From contig JBALVF010000002.1 in assembly GCA_036961325.1 (NCBI GenBank), forward strand, positions 210,733-274,732: DNA of 64,000 nucleotides, written 5' to 3'. The translations under genes were made by a program, and so were the position numbers. Source of the stretch: Cycloclasticus sp. (lineage in GTDB: Bacteria; Pseudomonadota; Gammaproteobacteria; Methylococcales; Cycloclasticaceae). Of this stretch, positions 19,402-28,489 are shown piece by piece (within the stretch, counting starts at the first letter, position 1; the number at the start of each line of letters is the position of its first letter). The notes below the pieces were generated by a model. It was not told the origin of the DNA, made no database searches, and was given only the letters and a program-made list of their open reading frames with translations.

Positions 19402-22400
19402 TGCGTCGCTTAGTCATATCAACTCTCGTTATTGTTGCATTGCTGATTAGTGTTTTAGTGTGCTTGTTTACGACTGAAGTCGGCTTGTCAACATCGTCAT
19501 CAATGCTGCAACGTTGGGTACCGGCTTTAAGTATTGAAAAAGTAACTGGACGACTTAATCAATCTGCGACACTTGAGGGGCTCGTCTATCGCGCCGCGGA
19601 TCAGCAGCAATATCGAATCAATAAGTTGATTGTTAGCTTATCGCCTATCAGTTTATTGAGTGGTCGTATGACTGTTGATGTGCTGCAATTGGATGGTATT
19701 GAACTGACTCTGGGCAGCTCAGCGGAAAAACCGCTAGAGGATAACGCGTTCTTGCTAGCCGATCTTGCTTTGCCTATAGCATTCAATATCGCCGATTTAC
19801 GCGTTGGTAACGTATCACTAATTAATGAGTCGTCACAAAAAAATACGGTCTTTACAGGTTTGTCTGCGTCGCTTAGCGCATCTGGGCAAACGTTAAACCT
19901 TAAACAATTAACGTTACAAAAGGACGCTGAAGCAAGCCTTGAAATAGAAGGTATTATCAGCCTGAACGGTACTGATCCGACGCATTTAAATTACCGTTGG
20001 CGTTTAGCAACGAACGCTAAACCGCTGTCAGCTGAAGGTCAGATTAAAGGCAATTTTGCAGACTTAACGATTGAGCAGCAACTGCTAGAACCGGTTCAAT
20101 CCAAGCAAACCATTAAGGTAACGAAGTTATTGAGCGACTTTAATTGGACGGCTCAGGCGCAACTGGCAGCATTAACATGGTCGGATTTGATAGATGGACA
20201 ACCAGGCGGACTTAGTAACGCCACGTTAACAGCGAGCGGCACTAAACGTAACGCCAAGGTGATAATTAACAGCCAACTTGTTGATCATGCCCTCGCTGAC
20301 TTTAAATTAGATTTTAATGCCAATAGCGATGAGGCCGATAACTGGAAAATTAACGCCCAGCTCCTATCTTCAAGCAAGCTGGGATTGACTTTAGTGGGTT
20401 ATGTTCGGCAACCATTTAAGCAACCTCAATTAGAATTAGAGGGTAACTGGCAACAAATACAGTGGCCTGTTGGAGCGGACAACATCCCTTTATTTAGCCG
20501 AAAAGGCAAGTTTTCGATACACGGCAAGGACGAGCAATATCGTATTGAAGCATTAGGTGATTTAGACATCGAGCAACAACACGCTACGTTCAGCTCTGAA
20601 ATTGACTTTACAAAAGATCGATTAGTACTTAAACGTTTTGACCTTAAAGGCTTTGGTGGTCAGACAACCTTGAGCGGGGAAGTGTTATTTAATACAGAAA
20701 ATCCCGTATATCAACTACAGGCCAAACTGATGAACTTAACCGTTCCCAGAGCCTTGAGTAAGGCATTGATGGTTATCAATAAGGGGGATATTGAACTATC
20801 AGGAACGATTGATGCACCGCTGCTGAATATTCAGGCTGAACTGCTGGTTGATACTAAACCCGTTAATTTAAACTTAACGTATCAGACAGATGCTAGCGGT
20901 AGCAACCAGCTAAATATACTTGCTAACATGAAAACGGCTCGCGCCAAATTTAATGGAACGGCACAGTTGAGCGATCTGTTTAAGCTAAATGGTGTCGTTA
21001 AGTTACATCAGGTCGATCCGAGCTTATTCGCAAAAGACTGGCCGGGGACGTTGTCAGGTGGTTGGCAAATGAGCGTAAATAAGCGTTCGGGAGATGGGTT
21101 TGATCTTAATATTAAAGCGCTAACTATTGACGGCACACTCAGGCAACGGCCGCTGCGAGTGACAGCCGATTTGAGTTACCTCAATGGGGCTATTAATGTT
21201 CCGTCGTTACAAATAAGTTCGGCTAAATCAGTGATCCGCGCGGAGGGCAGCTTAAAAGACAAGTTGGCTTTCAATTGGTGGTTGAATACACCAAACCTGG
21301 CAGATATTCACCCTGATTTAACGGGTCAATTACACGCCAATGGCAAACTGTCTGGCGATATGGATACGCCTTCAATAAGTACTAAATTGAACGGCAAAAA
21401 CATTATATACACGGGCGTATTTCAGCTTGATAAAGTCGACTCCGAGGTGTTTGTTGATATGGCAAAGCAAGGCCGAATGGACGTAAACATCGCTTTTTCG
21501 GCTTTATCTTTGAAAGGTTCGCAAATTATAGACGGCAGCCTGTCGATGACTGGCCCAACAGATCAGCATAACGTTACGTTAAAGGCGAATGACAAAACAG
21601 CCAGCGTATTTGGTCGCGCATCAGGCGGTTTTACTGATCAGCAATGGCGAGGAAAATTCAGCGAACTCCACGTTAATCAGGAAGATGGCACTCAGTGGAA
21701 AGCGAAAAAATTTGGATCGATTGTGCTGGCGAAAAATCATTTCCAGATAGATCAGCAGTGTTTACAGGCTGCTCAAAGTGCCTTCTGTCTGCAAGCGAAT
21801 TACAAAGAAAAAGGTGACTGGAAAAGCAAGTTTAGCTTGCAGGCAATACCGATGACGCTGGTGAATGCTTACACTGATTTTGTCGAGCCATTGCAAGGCG
21901 AAATAAACGCAGATATAGAATTAAACGGACAGGGACTTTACCCTACCGGTGGACGTGGTCAACTCAATGTACAAAAGGCCCGTCTATTATTAGATGCTGA
22001 GACAAAGGATCAAAAAATCATCCCACTAAAGCAACTAAGCCTTAGTTACCAATTAAGCGAAAAGAACAGTCTTATCGATTTGTTGCTGACACCCGATATT
22101 AAAGGTGTTAGTCCATTGACGGGACGTTTGTCGCTGTCTGATATTAAAACCGCAATACTGGATCCAGATAAGTCGACGGTATCGGGTTATTTAAAAACGA
22201 CTGTAGCTGATTTGGCGGAAATTGATTCCTTACACGATGACTACGAGAATCTAAAAGGCCAGCTAACAGTTGATATTGGTGTCTCAGGGACGGTTAAAAA
22301 ACCATTATTAAATGGCCTTCTGGCGCTTAACAACGGCCATGTCGAACTGCCGCGCTTAGGTATTAAGCTTGAAGACGTTCGCGTATTGGCTGAAAGTGAT

Positions 22401-23429
22401 GCCCTCAACGTCATTAAGTTAAATTACCAGCTCAAATCTGGACAAGGGCAGTTAATTGGTGAAGCTGAGCTGAGCAATAGCAAACAAGGCTGGAATATTG
22501 TAAGCACAGCTAAAGGTAAGGATGTTCAAGTGTTAAACCTGCCTGAGGCATATGTAGTGGCTTCGCCCGATTTGTCCTTCGCGCTAAAAAATAATGCTTC
22601 CCAACTCTCAGGTACGGTTATTGTGCCGATTGCAGAACTGGTACCTTTGCAATTCAATTCCCCAGTGTCGGCGAGTGATGATGTGGTGGTGATAAACGGA
22701 CAAAGTGAAAAGGCAGCCCAATCAATAGCCACGGATTTTAATGTGAACCTTACATTAGGCGATAAGGTTAAGGTCGAGGGATTAGGATTTGATGGCCGAT
22801 TGTTAGGCAAACTATTAATCAGTGGCAATAGTAAAAAACTATTATTAGGCACTGGCGATATCGTCATTAAAGAAGGTAGTTACGTCGCCTATGGGCAAAA
22901 ATTAGAGATTGATAACGGTAAAATTCATTTTACCGGCGGTGCTTTAGATAATCCCAGTCTGGATATTAAAGCGATTAGAAAAAGTGGAAAAGTTACCGCT
23001 GGCCTTCAGGTAACCGGTACCGCAGATGAACCTTTAGTCGGTCTCTTTTCTAGTCCCTCAATGAGTGATGACAATATATTGTCTTACCTAATGATTGGAC
23101 GGCCACTGGCCAGTGCTTCAGCGGGTGATGCTGCAATCCTCGCTTCAGCGGCCACTGGCCTGGGTATTAAGGGGGGCAATATGTTAGGCGAACAAATCGC
23201 CAGTACCTTCGGTTTGGATTCGTTAGCAATCAATGGCAATGGTGGGGGCGATACCGCCTTACAAATAGGCAAATACCTCTCGCCTAAGTTATACCTGAGT
23301 TACGGTATTGGTTTGTTTGAACCGGTTAGTACCGTCAAGCTAAATTATGAACTCAATGAAAGTTGGTCGGTAAAAACGGAATCGGGTGTAGAGACCGAGG
23401 TCGATATCTTATATACAAAAGAAAGATAA
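19398..23429 (+). CDS. tamB: Translocation/assembly module TamB
   Basis: 1343 aa, N-terminal anchor, beta-rich body, DUF490-like C-terminus (GKYLSPKLYLSYG); overlaps the tamA stop. Confidence 0.9.
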   Translation: MMRRLVISTLVIVALLISVLVCLFTTEVGLSTSSSMLQRWVPALSIEKVTGRLNQSATLEGLVYRAADQQQYRINKLIVSLSPISLLSGRMTVDVLQLDGIELTLGSSAEKPLEDNAFLLADLALPIAFNIADLRVGNVSLINESSQKNTVFTGLSASLSASGQTLNLKQLTLQKDAEASLEIEGIISLNGTDPTHLNYRWRLATNAKPLSAEGQIKGNFADLTIEQQLLEPVQSKQTIKVTKLLSDFNWTAQAQLAALTWSDLIDGQPGGLSNATLTASGTKRNAKVIINSQLVDHALADFKLDFNANSDEADNWKINAQLLSSSKLGLTLVGYVRQPFKQPQLELEGNWQQIQWPVGADNIPLFSRKGKFSIHGKDEQYRIEALGDLDIEQQHATFSSEIDFTKDRLVLKRFDLKGFGGQTTLSGEVLFNTENPVYQLQAKLMNLTVPRALSKALMVINKGDIELSGTIDAPLLNIQAELLVDTKPVNLNLTYQTDASGSNQLNILANMKTARAKFNGTAQLSDLFKLNGVVKLHQVDPSLFAKDWPGTLSGGWQMSVNKRSGDGFDLNIKALTIDGTLRQRPLRVTADLSYLNGAINVPSLQISSAKSVIRAEGSLKDKLAFNWWLNTPNLADIHPDLTGQLHANGKLSGDMDTPSISTKLNGKNIIYTGVFQLDKVDSEVFVDMAKQGRMDVNIAFSALSLKGSQIIDGSLSMTGPTDQHNVTLKANDKTASVFGRASGGFTDQQWRGKFSELHVNQEDGTQWKAKKFGSIVLAKNHFQIDQQCLQAAQSAFCLQANYKEKGDWKSKFSLQAIPMTLVNAYTDFVEPLQGEINADIELNGQGLYPTGGRGQLNVQKARLLLDAETKDQKIIPLKQLSLSYQLSEKNSLIDLLLTPDIKGVSPLTGRLSLSDIKTAILDPDKSTVSGYLKTTVADLAEIDSLHDDYENLKGQLTVDIGVSGTVKKPLLNGLLALNNGHVELPRLGIKLEDVRVLAESDALNVIKLNYQLKSGQGQLIGEAELSNSKQGWNIVSTAKGKDVQVLNLPEAYVVASPDLSFALKNNASQLSGTVIVPIAELVPLQFNSPVSASDDVVVINGQSEKAAQSIATDFNVNLTLGDKVKVEGLGFDGRLLGKLLISGNSKKLLLGTGDIVIKEGSYVAYGQKLEIDNGKIHFTGGALDNPSLDIKAIRKSGKVTAGLQVTGTADEPLVGLFSSPSMSDDNILSYLMIGRPLASASAGDAAILASAATGLGIKGGNMLGEQIASTFGLDSLAINGNGGGDTALQIGKYLSPKLYLSYGIGLFEPVSTVKLNYELNESWSVKTESGVETEVDILYTKER

Positions 23430-23574
23430 ATTCACCGACATTTACCGTGGGCTAACTTGCGCCTGGTCAAAGACTTTTCCCTATAAGTTGCTTTTTACAT
23501 AATCGAATACGGTAATGGTTAACCCGTAGGCGCAAAATTGTGTGAATTTAAATAGCCTTAACCTGCTCAAGGAT

Positions 23575-24080
23575 AAGACGCTTCGACGATGAAGAAGGGC
23601 GCAAAAATGAGCTTGCATTCCTTTTTACCGATACTGCGATATACCCCCTCAACAGAAGAGTCGATGGCGTTGAATAATATAGAAGCAGGCGCAATTATTA
23701 TTGCGGGCAATGGCATGTGCACAGGTGGCCGTATACGGCATCATTTCAAGAACAATATATGGAAAAGGAAGGCACACGTAGTGATCGTCGGCTATCAAGC
23801 GGTTGGCACGCCTGGGCGATCTTTGGTGGATGGTGCAAAAACGTTTCATCACGGTGGTGATGATATTGCTGTTCAGGCGACTATTCATACCTTAGGCGGG
23901 TTTTCTGCCCACGCCAGCCAATCGCAACTGGTCGACTGGATAAGTCACTTCAAAACACCACACCCCAGGTTATATCTCGTCCACGGTGAAACGGAGACCA
24001 AATCAACTTTCCAAAAACACCTGGCAGGTGTTGGCTGGTCAGCCGAAATACCGCATGAAGGTGAAAGTATTACGTTTTAA
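23575..24080 (+). pseudogene. 5'-truncated second copy of the MBL beta-CASP gene
   Basis: Last 163 aa of the 6005..7405 protein with 4 substitutions (R>K, S>N in AGSGM, H>N, R>H); lacks the HxHxDH catalytic domain. Confidence 0.9.
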
Positions 24081-24140
24081 ATATAAAGCTCTATGGCTTT
24101 TACTTTAGACTGGTTAAGAAAGGTGGGGGAGTAGTTCCTT
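23575..24140 (+). repeat. Direct repeat copy 2
   Basis: Partner of 6900..7465. Confidence 0.95.
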
Positions 24141-24240
24141 GTTTGGTCTTTATTATAAGATGACAGGGTATTATAGTTCGGACAAGTGCCCGCTTTTCTT
24201 TCGGTGTATATGTAAGGGAATTACAGGGACTTTTTGTTCC

Positions 24241-24259
24241 TACTAATAACTTGTTATAA
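24241..24259 (+). other. attI-like integron recombination site (copy 2)
   Basis: TACTAAT-AACTT-GTTATAA; very close to the class 2 attI2 core as I recall it (TACTAATAAAATGTT). GTTATAA is the exact complement of the first cassette's R'' TTATAAC. Confidence 0.78.
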
Positions 24260-24262
24260 ATC

Positions 24263-24736
24263 ATGAAAAAGTTTACTTTGAGTTTGAAAGAGCAGAAATA
24301 TAATTACGGTGCATATGCATGGGTTATTTTTGACAAGGAATCTAATTTAGCCGTTAAGGTATTTAAAAAAAGGAATAGTACTGAACACGCTAGGAATGTT
24401 TTTAAATCAGAAGTAAAGGCATATGAAATAGCAATGCGCCAAGATGAAATAAGGTCATTGGTACCTTTGTTTCACGGTGAAGTTCATATAGACAAGCTTG
24501 AGAATGCAACAGAAACCTTTCATAGAGATATGGCATATGCGATGTCAATAGAACAAGATATGTTTGTAAAAATAGGAGTTATTGATAGCTTTGAAAGGAC
24601 AAGAATTACAGAACTCTTTAGAAAATTTGGAATCAATTATACCAAAGATGCCTCTGTTCTACTTAATGATGAAAACGAAGTAGTGAAAATAATTGATTTT
24701 GCAACAGAGGAATTTGAATTGTGGCATCAAGAATAA
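24263..24736 (+). CDS. Minimal protein-kinase-like protein (cassette)
   Basis: Ordered kinase-like motifs in 157 aa: YGAYAWV (Gly loop), AVKVF, SEVKAY (helix-C Glu), GINYTKDASV (catalytic-loop-like), KIIDFA (DFG-like). Confidence 0.55.
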   Translation: MKKFTLSLKEQKYNYGAYAWVIFDKESNLAVKVFKKRNSTEHARNVFKSEVKAYEIAMRQDEIRSLVPLFHGEVHIDKLENATETFHRDMAYAMSIEQDMFVKIGVIDSFERTRITELFRKFGINYTKDASVLLNDENEVVKIIDFATEEFELWHQE

Positions 24737-24740
24737 TGAC

Positions 24741-24804
24741 TTATAACAATTCGCTCAAGCAGGGTCGCATAAAAGACATGCGCCCCTTAGCTTAACCGTT
24801 AGAA
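24741..24804 (+). other. attC site
   Basis: R'' TTATAAC; GCT(C)AAG/CTTAGC and GGG(T)CGCAT/ATGCGCCC give two extrahelical bases; R' GTTAGAA; 64 bp. Confidence 0.92.
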
Positions 24805-24827
24805 CTCAACAATTACTAAGGCATACG

Positions 24828-26645
24828 ATGTTACTAAAATCAATAAAAGCAAAGAATATTCTTCCCATTCTGCGTTTTGATGTCGAAAACTTGTCAGATG
24901 TCGTAGTCCTTGCTGGCCGGAATGGTGTCGGTAAAACCAGACTATTGCAGGCACTAATTAATGGGTTCCAGAATCCGGTAGGGCAGAAAAATATTCAATA
25001 TATAATTGAAGCCACTAATGATGAAGAAAGATCGAAATGGGGTAAAAGTATATTAGATACTGGTATACCTCAAGATGCGCAGCTGCTCCAATCTACTCTC
25101 CATGAAAATAGGTTTAGAAGAAATTGGCGCGGAAGTGTAATAAATATTGAAAGTGACAGATCAATACAGAAAATAAACCCATATGCATTCACGTTCGACG
25201 CTGTCGACCCAGATAAGGAGCAAATTGGCTGGAATTTTATGCTTGGCGGAATGAGGAGTAGGCATCAAGATACCCTTCATTCTATTTTCAGAAAAGTTCA
25301 TGCACATAGAAACAAAATCTCGACCTTGGCAGAGAAGTTAATCCGTGAAGGAAAGTCTTCTATGGAGCTCAACTTCCCTGATCCATTGGAAAAGTTTAAG
25401 CATGCTTTCAGGCGGTTGCTGGCTCCAAAAGAGCTTCTTGATGCGGATTTACAATCGCAACAATTAAAATATTCTATTGGTGAGCAGGAGTTATTGTTAA
25501 ACACACTTAGCTCAGGAGAAAGAGAGGTAGTCAATATAGTTTTTGATTTTATTCTCAGAAACCCAAGCGATTGCATAGTATTTTTTGATGAGCCAGAGAT
25601 TCACCTGCACCCTGAATTAAGTTACAAACTTATTCAAACATTGACAAGTCTTGGTGATAACAACCAGTTTATATTTTGTACTCACTCACCTGACATAATA
25701 ACTGCTTCACTCGAACATTCGGTTATATTTGTTGCCCCGCCGCAGGATGCTAATACTAATCAAGCAATTACAGTATCCGAGGATGATGAAACAAATCGAG
25801 CACTTAAACTTCTAGGTCAATCTGTAGGGGTAATTGCTTTAGGCAAAAAAATCGTTCTGATAGAAGGTGAGCACGCAAGTCTAGATAAACAAACATATGG
25901 CGCTATTTTGAAAGATAACTTCCCAGAGTTAGTTTTAGTTCCTAGCGGCGGAAAAGGGCTTATTAAATCATTTTCTCTTCTTCTAAAAGAAGTGCTAGAA
26001 AAGTCTATTTGGGGAGTAGAATTTTTTATGTTGTGTGACAGGGATGTCATTCCTTTGTCCAAAACTGAAGCGGAGCTCGGAAATGGTAGATTTCAAACCA
26101 TACGAAAATATCATCTCGAGAACTACTTTTTAGATGCGGACGTTATTTCAAAGGTATTTCAAAATATAGAACCGGAAGGATCTTGGCTTCGTTCATCAGA
26201 ATCTATAAACGATAAGTTGAAAGAAATTGCTAAAGAAATGGTCTCATATTCTGTGGCCTTGTATGCAACTGCCTATTTTCGCGAACAAGTAGGCAATATC
26301 GACTTAATGCCAAAAGATTGCCATAAAAAAACGAAAGAAGAGCTAGTTGCTCTGATATTAGCAAAGTCAGAGTTAGAACTGCAGCGAGTGGGACATAGTA
26401 TGACGCCAGATGTCATATCGAATTATGTAAATGATACTGCACAAAAATTGGAAGAAAGTGTGGGCAATGGTGATGGCTGGAAGGATCTGATTCCTGGGAA
26501 GAGAATATTAAACGTATTTGCAAGCAAAGCTAATATTTCTGTTGGAAGATTGAAAAGAGCATATATTGTTGAGGCGGCAAAAGTTGAAAACAATCCTTTT
26601 CAAGATATTATAGACATATTCTCTGATTTCAACTCAATGGAGTGA
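24828..26645 (+). CDS. ABC-type ATPase fused to TOPRIM/DUF4435-like domain (OLD-family/fused PARIS-like; cassette)
   Basis: Walker A GRNGVGKT, signature LSSGEREV, Walker B FFDEPEIHLHP, H-loop THSP; C-terminal IEGE...CDRD...YHLENY...PGK. Confidence 0.8.
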   Translation: MLLKSIKAKNILPILRFDVENLSDVVVLAGRNGVGKTRLLQALINGFQNPVGQKNIQYIIEATNDEERSKWGKSILDTGIPQDAQLLQSTLHENRFRRNWRGSVINIESDRSIQKINPYAFTFDAVDPDKEQIGWNFMLGGMRSRHQDTLHSIFRKVHAHRNKISTLAEKLIREGKSSMELNFPDPLEKFKHAFRRLLAPKELLDADLQSQQLKYSIGEQELLLNTLSSGEREVVNIVFDFILRNPSDCIVFFDEPEIHLHPELSYKLIQTLTSLGDNNQFIFCTHSPDIITASLEHSVIFVAPPQDANTNQAITVSEDDETNRALKLLGQSVGVIALGKKIVLIEGEHASLDKQTYGAILKDNFPELVLVPSGGKGLIKSFSLLLKEVLEKSIWGVEFFMLCDRDVIPLSKTEAELGNGRFQTIRKYHLENYFLDADVISKVFQNIEPEGSWLRSSESINDKLKEIAKEMVSYSVALYATAYFREQVGNIDLMPKDCHKKTKEELVALILAKSELELQRVGHSMTPDVISNYVNDTAQKLEESVGNGDGWKDLIPGKRILNVFASKANISVGRLKRAYIVEAAKVENNPFQDIIDIFSDFNSME

Positions 26646-26652
26646 AAATGAG

Positions 26653-26739
26653 TTCTAACAATTACTTGCACACGGACAAAATAAAGCTACGTTGCTTCGC
26701 TCCTCCGCTTTATTTTGCCAGTGAAGCAAGACGTTATAC
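26653..26739 (+). other. attC site
   Basis: R'' TTCTAAC; CTT(G)CAC/GTGAAG; CAAAATAAAGC/GCTTTATTTTG stem; R' GTTATAC; 87 bp. Confidence 0.92.
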
Positions 26740-26752
26740 GGAGAAAACATAG

Positions 26753-27610
26753 ATGGAGACAATTTTTCATTACTGTTCATCATCTACATTCACATCGATT
26801 ATCTCTAATAATTCCATTTGGTTATCATCTTTATCTTTATCAAATGACACTATGGAGGGACGTTTCGTTGCACAAACATTCGATAAGCTACTTGCGAAAT
26901 CGGATGTAGATGCTGAAGAAGCTGAAGAAATTCGAAAAGCTCTCCGTATCACAGGAGAGCTTTTCGACGGCCTTGGTTTTTGTCTATCTGAGAAACCAGA
27001 CCTTTTAAGTCAATGGAGAGGTTACGCAGATGATGGACAAGGATTCTCCATTGGCTTTAATAAAGAATACCTTGATGAACTTTCAAATATAAAAGATAAA
27101 AATGTACCTAGCTTTAAGCTTAAAAAAGTATTTTATGAGCCAGTCGAGCATGAAGCGGAACTTAAACCCATATTTGATGAAATAATGAAACTCGTAGAAA
27201 GCGGGAAATTAAAAAAGCCAAAATATGGTTTGTTAACTATGCCTAGTGATGATGAATTAAAAACTAAGAATGACGAGTATTTAAAATCAATAAATGATTT
27301 ATGGTCTAAGGCTATTAGAACATTACCTAATATACACATACTTAAAAATAAGGCTTTTTCAGAAGAAGTTGAGTGGAGACTTATATCGTACTTATTAAAA
27401 GAGTCTGGTGACTCAGCTTTATTCAGGTCATCTGGGAACAGACTAGTTCCGTATAGAGAATTTAAATTAAAACCACTATCTTCAAATGCAATTAACGAGG
27501 TATATATTGGGCCAAAAAACATTACGCCTTATTTTGTTGTAGAGAAATTTTTATTATTAAACGGATTTCAAGGTGTAACAATAAATAAATCGGAAGCTAC
27601 ATACCGTTAA
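26753..27610 (+). CDS. DUF2971-domain protein (cassette)
   Basis: IFHYCS...SNDTMEG...FCLSEKPDLLSQWRGYADDGQGFSIGF...KNKAFSEEVEWR. Confidence 0.82.
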   Translation: METIFHYCSSSTFTSIISNNSIWLSSLSLSNDTMEGRFVAQTFDKLLAKSDVDAEEAEEIRKALRITGELFDGLGFCLSEKPDLLSQWRGYADDGQGFSIGFNKEYLDELSNIKDKNVPSFKLKKVFYEPVEHEAELKPIFDEIMKLVESGKLKKPKYGLLTMPSDDELKTKNDEYLKSINDLWSKAIRTLPNIHILKNKAFSEEVEWRLISYLLKESGDSALFRSSGNRLVPYREFKLKPLSSNAINEVYIGPKNITPYFVVEKFLLLNGFQGVTINKSEATYR

Positions 27611-27627
27611 CCTAATGGCATATAAGC

Positions 27628-27687
27628 GTATAACAAGTCAATTAGTGCGACCGCAAAAAGCGCGTCGCCTTATTTCAAACGTTAAGT
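27628..27687 (+). other. attC site
   Basis: R'' GTATAAC, GCGAC/GTCGC stem, R' GTTAAGT; 60 bp. Confidence 0.88.
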
Positions 27688-27702
27688 ATCTAAAGGTGCA
27701 TC

Positions 27703-28389
27703 GTGCAGCATTCAAAAAATAAATTTTCTAGGGTTAGCGGCATTGCGAGCACTTACATTCATCTGAAAGACATGCCGCGCGGCCTATCTTTAGAGGAAGC
27801 ACATGAGTACCTTGAGAGAATCGCAAGGAAGTGGGCAAAACTACAATACAACCGTGAATTTGACGTTAATGTTCTAGTAGAAGAAGGATCATTAATCGGG
27901 CGAATTGTCCTAAGTGGGGTCACAATATATGGATTAGTAGCTGGTTATGGCTCATTTCGTAGTGGCATTGACCACATTGTTGAGGACGGCCACGCTTTTT
28001 CAAGTCATGTAATCGATCAGTTCGAAAATGACTATCACATAACTGACGATGCAATTATTCGCGCTGAGCGTAGGTTAGGTGTACCAGGTAAAATTCAACG
28101 CTTTTTCGTTCGCCTCGATGGATTAAATTCTGATGATCTCAGCCGAAATGAAAGAGAAGTTGAGATAGAGAAGCTCCAACAAGAATTTATCAAAATCATT
28201 GAGCTTCTACCTGACGATCGAGATCGAGCTATTTTCCAGGAAGCCGCCAACTCGGAACCGCACGAAACCAATGAACTGATTGATAGACAACCTCCGAACG
28301 TTCCATTTGAATGGCCCTTTGATCCCTTCCCAATCCCGGAAGGCGGGAATGTGCCGAGAATTGCCGGGCCTAGAAATGAAGATACTTAA
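27703..28389 (+). CDS. Hypothetical protein (cassette)
   Basis: 228-aa ORF filling the cassette, with its stop codon inside R''. No domain recognised; Pro-rich tail. Confidence 0.7.
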   Translation: MQHSKNKFSRVSGIASTYIHLKDMPRGLSLEEAHEYLERIARKWAKLQYNREFDVNVLVEEGSLIGRIVLSGVTIYGLVAGYGSFRSGIDHIVEDGHAFSSHVIDQFENDYHITDDAIIRAERRLGVPGKIQRFFVRLDGLNSDDLSRNEREVEIEKLQQEFIKIIELLPDDRDRAIFQEAANSEPHETNELIDRQPPNVPFEWPFDPFPIPEGGNVPRIAGPRNEDT

Positions 28390-28470
28390 CAAGTTGCTGT
28401 TGTCGCCATGCTGTGCATGGCTGGGACAGCCTACACTGTGTTGCGGCAGCCCCAAAGCAATGCGTTAGGT
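28384..28470 (+). other. attC site
   Basis: R'' ACTTAAC; GCT(G)TTG/CAAAGC; R' GTTAGGT; 87 bp. Confidence 0.88.
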
Positions 28471-28489
28471 TTATGGAGGCAACGGAACT

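Larger units (their letters stand above)
24254..28464 (+). mobile_element. Integron gene-cassette array 2 (4 complete cassettes, no intI)
   Basis: All four cassettes begin with a GTT core that is the perfect complement of their own attC R'': TTATAAC/GTTATAA, TTCTAAC/GTTAGAA, GTATAAC/GTTATAC, ACTTAAC/GTTAAGT. Confidence 0.92.

Noticed and set aside
23589-24080. Independent functional 163-aa gene
   Set aside because: It is only the C-terminal third of the MBL protein, lacks the catalytic motifs and has S>N in a conserved motif.
24140-24240. LexA box or intI 5' remnant upstream of the attI-like site
   Set aside because: No CTGT-N8-ACAG, and no minus-strand ORF start or recombinase-like sequence.
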